Below are positions 47,839-57,058 of a DNA stretch of 64,000 nt, in pieces. The notes under the pieces were generated by a model that worked only from the letters and a program-made list of their open reading frames with translations, searched no databases and had not been told where the DNA came from. Each line of letters begins with the position of its first letter. Position 1 is the stretch's first letter. The DNA is from a virus, in the IMG/VR virus record IMGVR_UViG_3300020198_000006, positions 30,152-94,151 of that record; one strand, written 5' to 3'. A program made the position numbers and the translations under genes.

Positions 47839-48392
47839 AATTTGTTATTGCTTATATGTTTAAATATATTTTCGGCAGTATTGCCACCCACAGCAAATTC
47901 AACAAAAGATATATCATTATCCACCAATCGCGTTTTAATTTCCTCATCAATCTCCTTGGATTGAGTGAGGTTTTGAAATCTACCGTTTTTTTCATATACA
48001 CTATCGTCCCTTTTTAGAAGGATGTTCAAACTATTATATCTTTTAAATAATCCTAAAATAAAATTATCAAAACTTTCATCATAAAAAGACGCGGGATAGG
48101 TTGGTACCCTATCGTATAAATCCTTATAAACTATACCTAATATAATTGGGGAATCGACTATAATGTATTTTACTTTACCATATAATCTACTAATATTTCT
48201 ATGTTGATTGGCAGTAATATAAAATTGGTCTCGTATTGCTGAGTGGTTTTCTTCCCACGCGACAATTTTTGGGAATTCAAAAGTTAACTCAACATCATAA
48301 TGAGATTTTTTCATTTTTGTAAAAAGGTGAGCGCTTTGAGTTGATTTTCCAATGCCGGGCCCGCCAAAAAAATTAATTATTAAACTCTCCAT
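47835..48392 (-). CDS. P-loop kinase (NadR/AAA_28-like)
   Basis: 'GGPGIGKST', 'IIVDSP'. Confidence 0.75.
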   Translation of the reverse strand: MESLIINFFGGPGIGKSTQSAHLFTKMKKSHYDVELTFEFPKIVAWEENHSAIRDQFYITANQHRNISRLYGKVKYIIVDSPIILGIVYKDLYDRVPTYPASFYDESFDNFILGLFKRYNSLNILLKRDDSVYEKNGRFQNLTQSKEIDEEIKTRLVDNDISFVEFAVGGNTAENIFKHISNNKL

Positions 48393-48558
48393 GGTTTAAT
48401 AATATAAATAAAAAGGGGGGGTTTTTCAACCCCAATTATCAATTAATTACCTTTTGTTGGGAATCTTGTCCGACCATCAGACCATAGTGGTTTGGATAGT
48501 TCTTCCATTTGCAATTTTGTATATGTTTTTTCAACGTTACCACATATTTATATAGAAT

Positions 48559-48858
48559 ATGGAAAACCTTTATTCGGTATTACTTGCGGTTGTGACAGTC
48601 CTCGGCTCGGCAGCCGCTTTTAGATACTACGAAAAAAGAGCAATGCGCAAAGAAAGAGATGATGAATTTATTAGACACGATTGCAAAGACCGAATTTCAA
48701 AACTTGAAGCTTTACTAGTTCAGTCATCAAGAGATAAAGATGAACTTAGAGATATTGTTTTGGATTTAACAAAACAAGTATCCGCCCTTTCCGTTAAAGT
48801 TGAATTTTTGACTAGAGAAAACGATAATTTACATAAAAAAAGGAAAGTTTCGAGATAA
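48559..48858 (+). CDS. TM plus coiled-coil protein (holin/spanin-like)
   Basis: N-terminal TM helix, heptad-rich C-terminus, late motif upstream. Confidence 0.5.
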   Translation: MENLYSVLLAVVTVLGSAAAFRYYEKRAMRKERDDEFIRHDCKDRISKLEALLVQSSRDKDELRDIVLDLTKQVSALSVKVEFLTRENDNLHKKRKVSR

Positions 48859-48859
48859 T

Positions 48860-49057
48860 GTGCAAAAACATATTTTTACGGAATCACAATATAATAAATT
48901 AGTTAAAACCATTTTAAAAGAAGACGAAGAGGTTTCGGGTGGTGTGGAGTGTTATCCAGCGGGATATGCGGCCCAAAAATCACTAATGAAAAATTGTGAA
49001 ATTTCCGATATTTGTTGGGGTCAAAACAACGTAATGTTCGGTTCCCAACACACTTAA
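48860..49057 (+). CDS. Small protein with 'IFTESQYNKL' leader (possibly truncated)
   Basis: Leader motif, GTG start. Confidence 0.4.
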   Translation: MQKHIFTESQYNKLVKTILKEDEEVSGGVECYPAGYAAQKSLMKNCEISDICWGQNNVMFGSQHT

Positions 49058-49626
49058 GTGTCTTTGGTTAAAGAATCAAACACCTCAACTATGGTGTTTA
49101 AAGAATCGTAAGAAAAACACTCAGAATAACCCGAAAAACTTTCAAGAATGGGTCGATATTTTTTGACTCCTATTTTTTTTGCCAAGGTATCCTTGATTTT
49201 CTCCTCTAATTTCTCGGCATCTTTTGTGTCTATTCTTCTTAATACGCTTGAAATAGTATAACCTTTATATCCGTAATCTTTACTAAATCTGCGTAGTATA
49301 AACTTTTTAGAAGTTATACCTACTTTAACAAACGTTTTACCCGAACTCCCCTCCTTCATTAATATTAGATAAAGAGATTTGGGTATTTCTTTTATTTTTA
49401 TCTCTTTATCTTTATTATATTTTGATAGTTTTTTTTTAACGTATTTTTTGGCGGTTTCCATGTCGTTAAACTCTTTGGTGTCCCTATTTTGGTTGGGGAA
49501 ATACTTCTTAAATCGTTGTGAATAAACGATTTTACCATTGTCAACCACGATTTTAGTTTTAGGACCAACCATCTTCTCGTAAAAGGAGTAAAACCCTATT
49601 TTGAATAAAAATTTCAACATATTCAA
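49054..49626 (-). CDS. GIY-YIG (T5orf172-like) domain protein
   Basis: 'LYLILM...FVKVGITS...RRF...LEEKI...GYSECF'. Confidence 0.65.
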   Translation of the reverse strand: MNMLKFLFKIGFYSFYEKMVGPKTKIVVDNGKIVYSQRFKKYFPNQNRDTKEFNDMETAKKYVKKKLSKYNKDKEIKIKEIPKSLYLILMKEGSSGKTFVKVGITSKKFILRRFSKDYGYKGYTISSVLRRIDTKDAEKLEEKIKDTLAKKIGVKKYRPILESFSGYSECFSYDSLNTIVEVFDSLTKDT

Positions 49627-49695
49627 TACATATGTTGAAATTTTATTTTGTATATTCTAAAAAGATACTATATTTGCTAAGTAAAAAAACACAAG

Positions 49696-50028
49696 ATGTC
49701 ACAAACAAAGAAATGTACAGGATGTAAAAAAGACCTTCCATTGGGTAATTTTTATAAAAACAAGCTGATTCACGATGGTCACAGCAATTATTGTATTACC
49801 TGCACTAAAATGAATTCTAAAAAGTACTTTGAAAGAAAAAAGGAGCGCATTATAAAAGCTGAAAATGAAAATCTTATGAAAATGGTCTTATTATCTAACA
49901 CAGATTCATCTAATGCTGATAATCTCATGAAAATCATGATGATTGAAAAAATGTGTAAATCCATCTTAGATGAGTTAGAACACCTAAAAAGAGGGTTTGT
50001 AAAAAACGAGATAGAAGTAGAAAAATAG
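49696..50028 (+). CDS. Zn-finger protein (endonuclease-VII-type N-terminal finger, no nuclease domain)
   Basis: 'KKCTGCK....NFYK....DGHSNYCITC'; TTTG..TATATTTG promoter at 49647-49676. Confidence 0.6.
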   Translation: MSQTKKCTGCKKDLPLGNFYKNKLIHDGHSNYCITCTKMNSKKYFERKKERIIKAENENLMKMVLLSNTDSSNADNLMKIMMIEKMCKSILDELEHLKRGFVKNEIEVEK

Positions 50029-50080
50029 GTGGATACAAACCCAAAAATCTTGGTATTTATATTGTATATATTTATCTGTA

Positions 50081-51676
50081 ATGAAATTTAACGATTTACT
50101 ATTCGACATCGTAACGGAAGAGTTCCAAAACAAAAAAATCCTGAATACCATGTTGTTAAAATGGTATGGACATGAATCAACGGAAGAACAAAGAAATGAG
50201 TGCGAGTTTTTAATTTCTAGTTTTTTTAAGGTTAAAGAAAGATTTAAACCCGAACTACCTGAAGTTAGAACCTTTTTAAACAGATTCCCCGAATTTAAGG
50301 TTGAGAATCTAAAGAATGTTTTAGAATATACACTACAACAGGTTAAGTTCATCGTTTCAGAGTACTTTGAACTACCCAATAAAGATAAAGTAGATGACAA
50401 TACTCCTGAAATTTTTATGGGTAGGAATTTACCCCCAACTCCAGAAAGAGTTACTGCGTCAAAAGATTTATGGTTTAAAGAGACCGATAATTTAATGGTA
50501 AACGAACCAGGTTTTAGAGTTTATAAAATTAGAAATAGAGCCGATTCAATTAATTGGGGGTACTATAACGGGTACTTATCTCAAAATCCTCCATATTCAA
50601 ATAGCGGAAAAAGTCATATGCAATGGTGTACAACGAGACACGTAACTGAAAGTAATCTATATGCGGGATATAGGAATAGAAGAACTTTTTATTTTGTAAT
50701 TGATGAAAGTAAAAATCCCGACATTGAAAAAAACCTTTCTCTAAGTCAATATTACATTTCTGCACTACAAGCCTCCGACGATAGTCCAACTGGATTTAGA
50801 ATTACAACAATCTTAAATGATGGCTCAGACCGCGTTATAAGTACTGATGAATTAACTCAAATATATCCTAAGTTATATAACGATTTAGAGAAATTAACAA
50901 AAGTAAAATACGACCAATCGGAACTTGGTGAAATTACTGACGATTTGGATAGGGTTGATGAGAGAGAGGGTAATGATTTTGCATTTTGGAGAGTAAATAC
51001 TACTCTTAAAAAGAGATACATAGATGCTCAACGAACTATTGTTAATCCTAAGTCGTGGGAAACTATGAATGATGGTCTTAAACAATCATACATTGATTAC
51101 ACAGAAAAACGAAACGCAATTGAAAGGTTTTCAACCATGGACTTGTTGAACAAAATTAAATCAATTCCATCTGATAAGCGTAGTTTAGATGCCAAACTAC
51201 AAAAACTTGGTTATAGCGAAGGCTCCGCTTACTTGTTTACTAAAATATTCCAAACCAATTTTCAAGTCTTGAGAACGAGTATGGATTTCCCGAGTGTTAA
51301 GATTTTCGAATCAAGAACAGGGAATAGTGTGGTGGGAATTTTTGATGAATCTAAAGGTGAATGGTGTAAAGCACCAAATGGTGCAGAATACCTGCCCGAA
51401 TATATACATATAAATACACAAACGGAAAAAGGTAAAGATATGGTTAATTATTTGGTTGACGTTTATAGTAAGTCAATGAATCCTACAGATGATTCATTCT
51501 ATATAGTATATCCTATTACTGATGAAAATTATCAGCATCAATATATGGGTCACTTCCTGTCTGCAAGTTCATGGAAAAAATTTAGTGAATCGATGTTAAA
51601 AAAACCAAATGACCATGAAGAACCCGTAACGATTGATAGGGCTAAAGAGTTCCAAGATATATATGAATTGGGATAA
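50081..51676 (+). CDS. Large late protein, 'WCT' family
   Basis: 'QWCTT..NLY..YR...FYFVID', similar to the segment in 57058-58878. Confidence 0.55.
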   Translation: MKFNDLLFDIVTEEFQNKKILNTMLLKWYGHESTEEQRNECEFLISSFFKVKERFKPELPEVRTFLNRFPEFKVENLKNVLEYTLQQVKFIVSEYFELPNKDKVDDNTPEIFMGRNLPPTPERVTASKDLWFKETDNLMVNEPGFRVYKIRNRADSINWGYYNGYLSQNPPYSNSGKSHMQWCTTRHVTESNLYAGYRNRRTFYFVIDESKNPDIEKNLSLSQYYISALQASDDSPTGFRITTILNDGSDRVISTDELTQIYPKLYNDLEKLTKVKYDQSELGEITDDLDRVDEREGNDFAFWRVNTTLKKRYIDAQRTIVNPKSWETMNDGLKQSYIDYTEKRNAIERFSTMDLLNKIKSIPSDKRSLDAKLQKLGYSEGSAYLFTKIFQTNFQVLRTSMDFPSVKIFESRTGNSVVGIFDESKGEWCKAPNGAEYLPEYIHINTQTEKGKDMVNYLVDVYSKSMNPTDDSFYIVYPITDENYQHQYMGHFLSASSWKKFSESMLKKPNDHEEPVTIDRAKEFQDIYELG

Positions 51677-51704
51677 AAATGGGGGGTTTTAAACCCCCCA
51701 TTTT
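51677..51704. terminator. Bidirectional terminator
   Basis: aaaatgggggg-ttttaaa-cccccatttt between convergent genes. Confidence 0.8.
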
Positions 51705-52539
51705 ATTTAAGTAAATTGTAATATTCTTTAAAGTGTTTTAATCTATCAGATAAACCAATTGTACCACCATTAACACATTTGGTTACTGCAGTTACAGTTT
51801 CGTCTGATGCATCAACACATTTTCTTAAACAGTTCTTAGAGAAGAACCATGCGGCTGATAACAAAGGATATTTGGTTGCAACTAAATCAGGATTATTTAC
51901 GATGTCCTCGTTTATTGCCTTACCAAAGGCGGTATAATTGTCCTTTCCGGTCAACTGAATATATCCTCTACCACGAAACTTGAAACCTTCTTTTGTTGGT
52001 TCCGTACCATTACCCATTCTTCCACCATAAACTCTACTAGCAATTGCTTCAGGTTTTCTTTGATATTGTTCCGCCAATGTATCTGTTGGGAAATACTTAC
52101 CAAAAATCCCCCTAAGGCCTTTGGCGGAGTAATTTAGATTTTCCTGAGTCACTTTAAACCCACCACTTTCGTGTCCACATTGAGACAAGAAATGGGCTAA
52201 TTTTACAGGTGTATCAATACCGAACTTCGATGCGGTGTCGTGAATTTGAGATATAACCCCATCAGGAATATGACCCCCCAAATTCTGAAGTTTAAGCTGA
52301 CCAGCGTTAGCAATTGGGGATGGTTCAGTAATCACAGATGGTTGAGAACCAACACTTTCACTAAACATTTTATTCCACGTGCCATCACCAACCAAACCAT
52401 CTGCGGTTAATCCATTATCCGCTTGCCATTTTTTAACCGCGGTCTCTGTGACGGGACCAAATACCCCGTCGGTGCCTAATCCTAATTTGGCTTGGAGTTT
52501 TTTAACTTCCTCGCCACTTGAACCTACTTTAAGTAACAT
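51703..52539 (-). CDS. Endolysin: peptidoglycan-binding domain plus GH19 chitinase/lysozyme
   Basis: 'DGVFGPVTETAVKKWQ..GLTADGLVG..TW'; 'AHFLSQCGHESGGF..ENLNYS', 'FRGRGYIQLTG', 'VNGG'. Confidence 0.93.
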   Translation of the reverse strand: MLLKVGSSGEEVKKLQAKLGLGTDGVFGPVTETAVKKWQADNGLTADGLVGDGTWNKMFSESVGSQPSVITEPSPIANAGQLKLQNLGGHIPDGVISQIHDTASKFGIDTPVKLAHFLSQCGHESGGFKVTQENLNYSAKGLRGIFGKYFPTDTLAEQYQRKPEAIASRVYGGRMGNGTEPTKEGFKFRGRGYIQLTGKDNYTAFGKAINEDIVNNPDLVATKYPLLSAAWFFSKNCLRKCVDASDETVTAVTKCVNGGTIGLSDRLKHFKEYYNLLK

Positions 52540-52624
52540 AATTTTAGTTTTTTTTTTACTATAAATACTCCAAAATTTTTTAAATATTTTTTGGAATATT
52601 CGAAAATGTGCCTATATTTGTGGT

Positions 52625-53176
52625 ATGAAAAAAAAGATACTCCTCCTATTGGTTCTGATACCTGTTTTAGGGTATTCACAACCCTCAGTAAATCGGGATT
52701 CACTCCTGTATTATTTTACAAAAATCATCAATGATTACAGGTCATCGAATGGTTTAGAGACCTTATCTATTGACACACATTTGAAATTGTTTACTGACGA
52801 GTGGTCAATGAAAATGGGTGAAATGAATCGTGTGGGTCATGGTGAAGGGTCTGAACATTTTAGGTACAGAGTTGCTTATAATGAAAAATTAAAAGTCCCT
52901 GGAGGTACAAAATTATTTGAAAATTGTACTGAATTAATGACACCAGATGTACCTATTTCGGTTTCAGTGCAATCATACCCCGAATTGATTCCATACATTA
53001 ACAGGTCATACGCAGGAAAACTTAACCAATACGAGTATGCATATTATGCATTTTTGATGTGGAAAAACTCACCTCCACACAATGGAACAATGTTGAGCCC
53101 ATATACTAAATATTTTTACCTGTCCCCATACAGGAAACACGGAAAGACGTTTTTATGTTACATTGCCAGAAGTTAA
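52625..53176 (+). CDS. Secreted CAP/SCP domain protein
   Basis: Signal peptide, 'INDYRSSNGL', 'WKNSPPHN..ML'; TTTG..TATATTTG promoter at 52590-52620. Confidence 0.8.
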   Translation: MKKKILLLLVLIPVLGYSQPSVNRDSLLYYFTKIINDYRSSNGLETLSIDTHLKLFTDEWSMKMGEMNRVGHGEGSEHFRYRVAYNEKLKVPGGTKLFENCTELMTPDVPISVSVQSYPELIPYINRSYAGKLNQYEYAYYAFLMWKNSPPHNGTMLSPYTKYFYLSPYRKHGKTFLCYIARS

Positions 53177-53198
53177 AATATTTATTAAATAAACAATC

Positions 53199-53651
53199 AT
53201 GGCTAAGTTTATTATCACAGAAAAACAATACAACACCATCAAAAGAAACGTTAATGAAGACATTAACAATAATCGTTATGAAAGACGAGTAAGTACCGAT
53301 ATTGAAACTTACGGCGTGAAAATTAATGGTGAAGATATTGATTGGGCGGTTAGTGGTGAATTAAACTTAAATTATATAATTGAGATGGAACATAGAAGTT
53401 GGGGTGTTAAGGATGTAAGTCTATACGACATCCAAGGTCCATCTGAAATTGAAATCGACATCACCCCACAAGTTGAAGACGCTGAAGACATTACATTAAC
53501 ACTTCAATATGACTGGAGTAATGTTGAACGTGAGACAGAAACCGATAAGGGTATCATAAGTATTGGTTCTGAAATCACAATTAAATTAGGTAATAATGAA
53601 AATGGTGATGTGATTATTCAATCCATACATGTGCCGGTTTACGGAATTTAA
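53199..53651 (+). CDS. Late protein with 'FIITEKQ' leader
   Basis: Leader plus TATTTAT motif. Confidence 0.6.
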   Translation: MAKFIITEKQYNTIKRNVNEDINNNRYERRVSTDIETYGVKINGEDIDWAVSGELNLNYIIEMEHRSWGVKDVSLYDIQGPSEIEIDITPQVEDAEDITLTLQYDWSNVERETETDKGIISIGSEITIKLGNNENGDVIIQSIHVPVYGI

Positions 53652-53811
53652 TTAATTCATTTTACAGATTGTGAGGTTTTTACTTTACACTTTGTAAAAT
53701 ATCCTTATACTTATTATTAGACCTTGTGGTTGAATCGGATGTGTCCTTGTGACATTTGAGTTGGAATTGATACCAACGAAATCGGGTTCAAATACAAAAA
53801 AAAATAAGGAT

Positions 53812-54624
53812 ATGAATTACACAACCTCAATTAGGTATGCTGTACCTCAATCTTTCATTACTAAGAGTAAACAAAGATTAAAACAGCACATTGATACCGT
53901 TTATCTTAACAACGGTGACGAGTTCGAAATCGAACTTTATAATCCCACACAAAATAAAGTTTTAGCAAAAATTGAACTAAATGGTACATCCATTGGTAAC
54001 GGTATTGTACTCCGTCCAGGTGAAAGAGTGTTCTTAGAACGATACTTTGATGATGCTAAAAAGTTTTTATTTGAAACTTATCTGGTAAATGGGGATAACG
54101 AAGAAGTACAACATGCAATTGCCAAAAATGGTGATGTGGTGGTTAAATTCTTCGATGAAATAAAACCACAAACATATAGTTCACCATTTATCTTAAGCGG
54201 TTCCAATACAGTTACATGGACTAACGTAACGACGACAGGTGGATATGGTTTCCCAACATGCACCAATGATTACAATTCCCAGTATTTTACAAATACAAGT
54301 GCGGTTGGTGGGAGTTTTGAGGGAACAATTACCACACCAAATTGTTCTTATAACACCAATAATGTTTTTCGTAAAGAAAAAACAAGTGAAGTAAGACATC
54401 TTGAAACCGGTAGAGTTGAGAAAGGTTCTAATTCGAATCAAACATTTACATATGATAGTTCGAGTTTTAATTCTTACCCGACTAAAACCAATTGGTGGAA
54501 AATAAAACCAAACTCAACTAAAGTATTGGTTCGAGAAGATTTGGTTGTTTACTGTACCGAATGTGGTTCAAAACGTAAAAAAGACAACCATAGGTTCTGT
54601 CCACACTGCGGAACAAAATTCTAA
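53812..54624 (+). CDS. Conserved phage protein with a C-terminal double zinc ribbon
   Basis: 'CTECG....FCPHCG', structured 5' leader. Confidence 0.65.
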   Translation: MNYTTSIRYAVPQSFITKSKQRLKQHIDTVYLNNGDEFEIELYNPTQNKVLAKIELNGTSIGNGIVLRPGERVFLERYFDDAKKFLFETYLVNGDNEEVQHAIAKNGDVVVKFFDEIKPQTYSSPFILSGSNTVTWTNVTTTGGYGFPTCTNDYNSQYFTNTSAVGGSFEGTITTPNCSYNTNNVFRKEKTSEVRHLETGRVEKGSNSNQTFTYDSSSFNSYPTKTNWWKIKPNSTKVLVREDLVVYCTECGSKRKKDNHRFCPHCGTKF

Positions 54625-54645
54625 AATAAACTAATCACAATGTCA

Positions 54646-55467
54646 TTAAAATGAACCCAATTGTGTTATAACCATTTGTCCAACATTTTTAAGTGAACCC
54701 CAATGGGTTGAAGAGTTTGATGATGATGCCCCTTGAACAATTCCTTGACCTCTTCCTGAACCATTACCAACAAAAATATTTTTACGTGGTACCCCATTTG
54801 AAACCGCATTGTTTACAATAATAGTTGTTCTTTGACTTGCACCATATGGTTCAATAACATAAATGTTTTTGACATCCACATTTGGGTCATTTGATATTGC
54901 GGCCGCTTTAGACGCACCGGCACTAAACATAAACACGGGTATATTAGGATTCTGACTTAAAAAGTCTTTGATTATTGAGATATCCGTATTGTATGTAAAA
55001 CCTTTTACATTCTTATCTTTACCAAAACCACTTTTGAATAAAGAAACTTGAGCGTCTATTTTGTAATCACCCGGTCTGTAGTCTAATCCGCCAATTAATA
55101 CGGCATCATACTCTGAATTATTTTTTAATTTGATTGTGTTGGGTTCGTCACCCAATTTGATATCAATTGATTCGGATAATTTAAATTGTACGGGGATAGA
55201 TTTTATATCAGAAATAGTGATATTTTTTAAACCCATTCCGTGTGATATTGGTGCAAAAACACCTTGCATAAATAAAAACTGAAAATAATAGAATAAATAA
55301 TTTTTGTCTATCATGTCTTTATATTCGTCTTTAATCTTGACTCCTATGTTCTCCTCATAGAATTCTTTTAATGGTTTCCCGACACTTTTTTCGGAACCCT
55401 TTCTCTGTAGCCAAAAATCTGCTTCAGGAAAGCTAGTTTTGAATATGCAAATATCACCTAATTTCAT
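54646..55467 (-). CDS. Fusion: type I R-M specificity (TRD)-like N-terminus plus alpha/beta-hydrolase-like C-terminus
   Basis: 'KLGDIC...IDKNYLFYYF...GLKNITISDIKSIPV'; 'FMFSAGA'. Confidence 0.45.
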   Translation of the reverse strand: MKLGDICIFKTSFPEADFWLQRKGSEKSVGKPLKEFYEENIGVKIKDEYKDMIDKNYLFYYFQFLFMQGVFAPISHGMGLKNITISDIKSIPVQFKLSESIDIKLGDEPNTIKLKNNSEYDAVLIGGLDYRPGDYKIDAQVSLFKSGFGKDKNVKGFTYNTDISIIKDFLSQNPNIPVFMFSAGASKAAAISNDPNVDVKNIYVIEPYGASQRTTIIVNNAVSNGVPRKNIFVGNGSGRGQGIVQGASSSNSSTHWGSLKNVGQMVITQLGSF

Positions 55468-57058
55468 TTAATCTGTCGTTTAACATTGAATTAAAATCTT
55501 CCTCATCAATATCGGGTGACCATCTATCATCAATATAGAATCTTGGTTTTTCGTAATATTCACCCATAATCTCATCAAATATACAATGGTAATTTGTCTC
55601 ACCACAATTTTCAAAATATGAATCTAAATCATCGTCATTAATACCCTGATTATCTATTACTTCTTGTAAATCTACTCTTATTGTTGCACCAGTATCATCC
55701 AACTTTAAAACGTCTCCATACTCACTAAGAGCGCTTTTGAGTTGCTTAATCGCATAATTATAGTAACTACTATTTGCAGAATCGTTATATGCGGAAGCGA
55801 TTGAGTTTCTAATTTGATAATCATCATCATACTGACTGAGTAAACCTTCTAAGGATTCTTCGGGGTCAAAATCGTCACCCGCTATTTGTTTAATAATATC
55901 AATTATTTTTTGTGTGTTTTCCTTGTTTGTATAATACCTCAATCCGCCAGGCCAATCATCATAATAATCAATCAAATCCCACATATCTCCCGATAATAGG
56001 GTTTCAATAAAATATATTTTTTTTGTGTATCCATTTTTGTCTTTTGATTGGTAAGTTACCCAATCCCCATCAACATAGTTTCCAACAGAATTAGCATCTA
56101 TTTGCAAATCAATTACCATATTTGGTTCTTCAAAATCGGCAATACCCATTTTAGTGAGAAGTCTTTTAGATGACCTTGAATTAAATAATTCAGGACGAGC
56201 ACCATATAATTTTTTTACTTCAGGTTCCGATAAATCTGATATTTTGAAATCGGATTCACTACCATGTTCTGAACCAAACCCTGTAATTGTTTTAACATTT
56301 GTAATTAAATCTATTACATACGGATGAAATTCCTCTTTTGGTTTTGAATTTTTTGGTCCTTTAAGTTGATAAATAATACCATCTGTTTTACCCACCGCAG
56401 CGGTTAAATGACTTTTATTTATTGTATATTTTTGATTGTATTTTTTGTTTTCTCTAAGTGAATAAATTGTATTATTATCATTTGTTCTACCACAATGACC
56501 CATTCTGCCACATTCTTCTTTTGAATTGTTTGTTTCCAAATCAACCCAATAAAACCCTATACCGTCTTTTCTATAGTCACGTAAAACTTTTTTATTCTCA
56601 TTATAATTAATTGCTCCCTGACCCACATCTAAACTATTGTGCCAATTTCTTGATTCTAGATATAGGTTCTCAAACTTTTTATCCTTCCATTGACCAAGAT
56701 TACCATTCAAACCAACTCTAATCCAATCCATAACTTCGGTTATTGATTGAACATGTTCACCACCTAAACCATTCATTTTTTTTAATCTACCTATACCCCA
56801 ACTCATTCTATACTTTATATCAGTATTCCACTTAGTTCTCGCTTTATTTTCCTCTTCCTCGGGAATTGCTGCCATCATATGTTCAAAGTTTTGTTGACCC
56901 ACATATTCAAGAAATTTATTAGCCATCCATACAGATAGTGGACCACACACCCTATTAAAATCTTTAGCAACTTCTTGATTCAAACCTAACTTATCCACTA
57001 AGATACTCGTCTTATTGGATTCAATTATTAATTCTTCAATTAGGTTTATTATTTTCAT
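55454..57058 (-). CDS. Large late protein (PcfJ-like segment)
   Basis: 'EECGRMGHCG...IYSLR...HLT..IYQLKGPKNSKP', leader 'LIEELIIE'. Confidence 0.55.
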   Translation of the reverse strand: MKIINLIEELIIESNKTSILVDKLGLNQEVAKDFNRVCGPLSVWMANKFLEYVGQQNFEHMMAAIPEEEENKARTKWNTDIKYRMSWGIGRLKKMNGLGGEHVQSITEVMDWIRVGLNGNLGQWKDKKFENLYLESRNWHNSLDVGQGAINYNENKKVLRDYRKDGIGFYWVDLETNNSKEECGRMGHCGRTNDNNTIYSLRENKKYNQKYTINKSHLTAAVGKTDGIIYQLKGPKNSKPKEEFHPYVIDLITNVKTITGFGSEHGSESDFKISDLSEPEVKKLYGARPELFNSRSSKRLLTKMGIADFEEPNMVIDLQIDANSVGNYVDGDWVTYQSKDKNGYTKKIYFIETLLSGDMWDLIDYYDDWPGGLRYYTNKENTQKIIDIIKQIAGDDFDPEESLEGLLSQYDDDYQIRNSIASAYNDSANSSYYNYAIKQLKSALSEYGDVLKLDDTGATIRVDLQEVIDNQGINDDDLDSYFENCGETNYHCIFDEIMGEYYEKPRFYIDDRWSPDIDEEDFNSMLNDRLNEIR

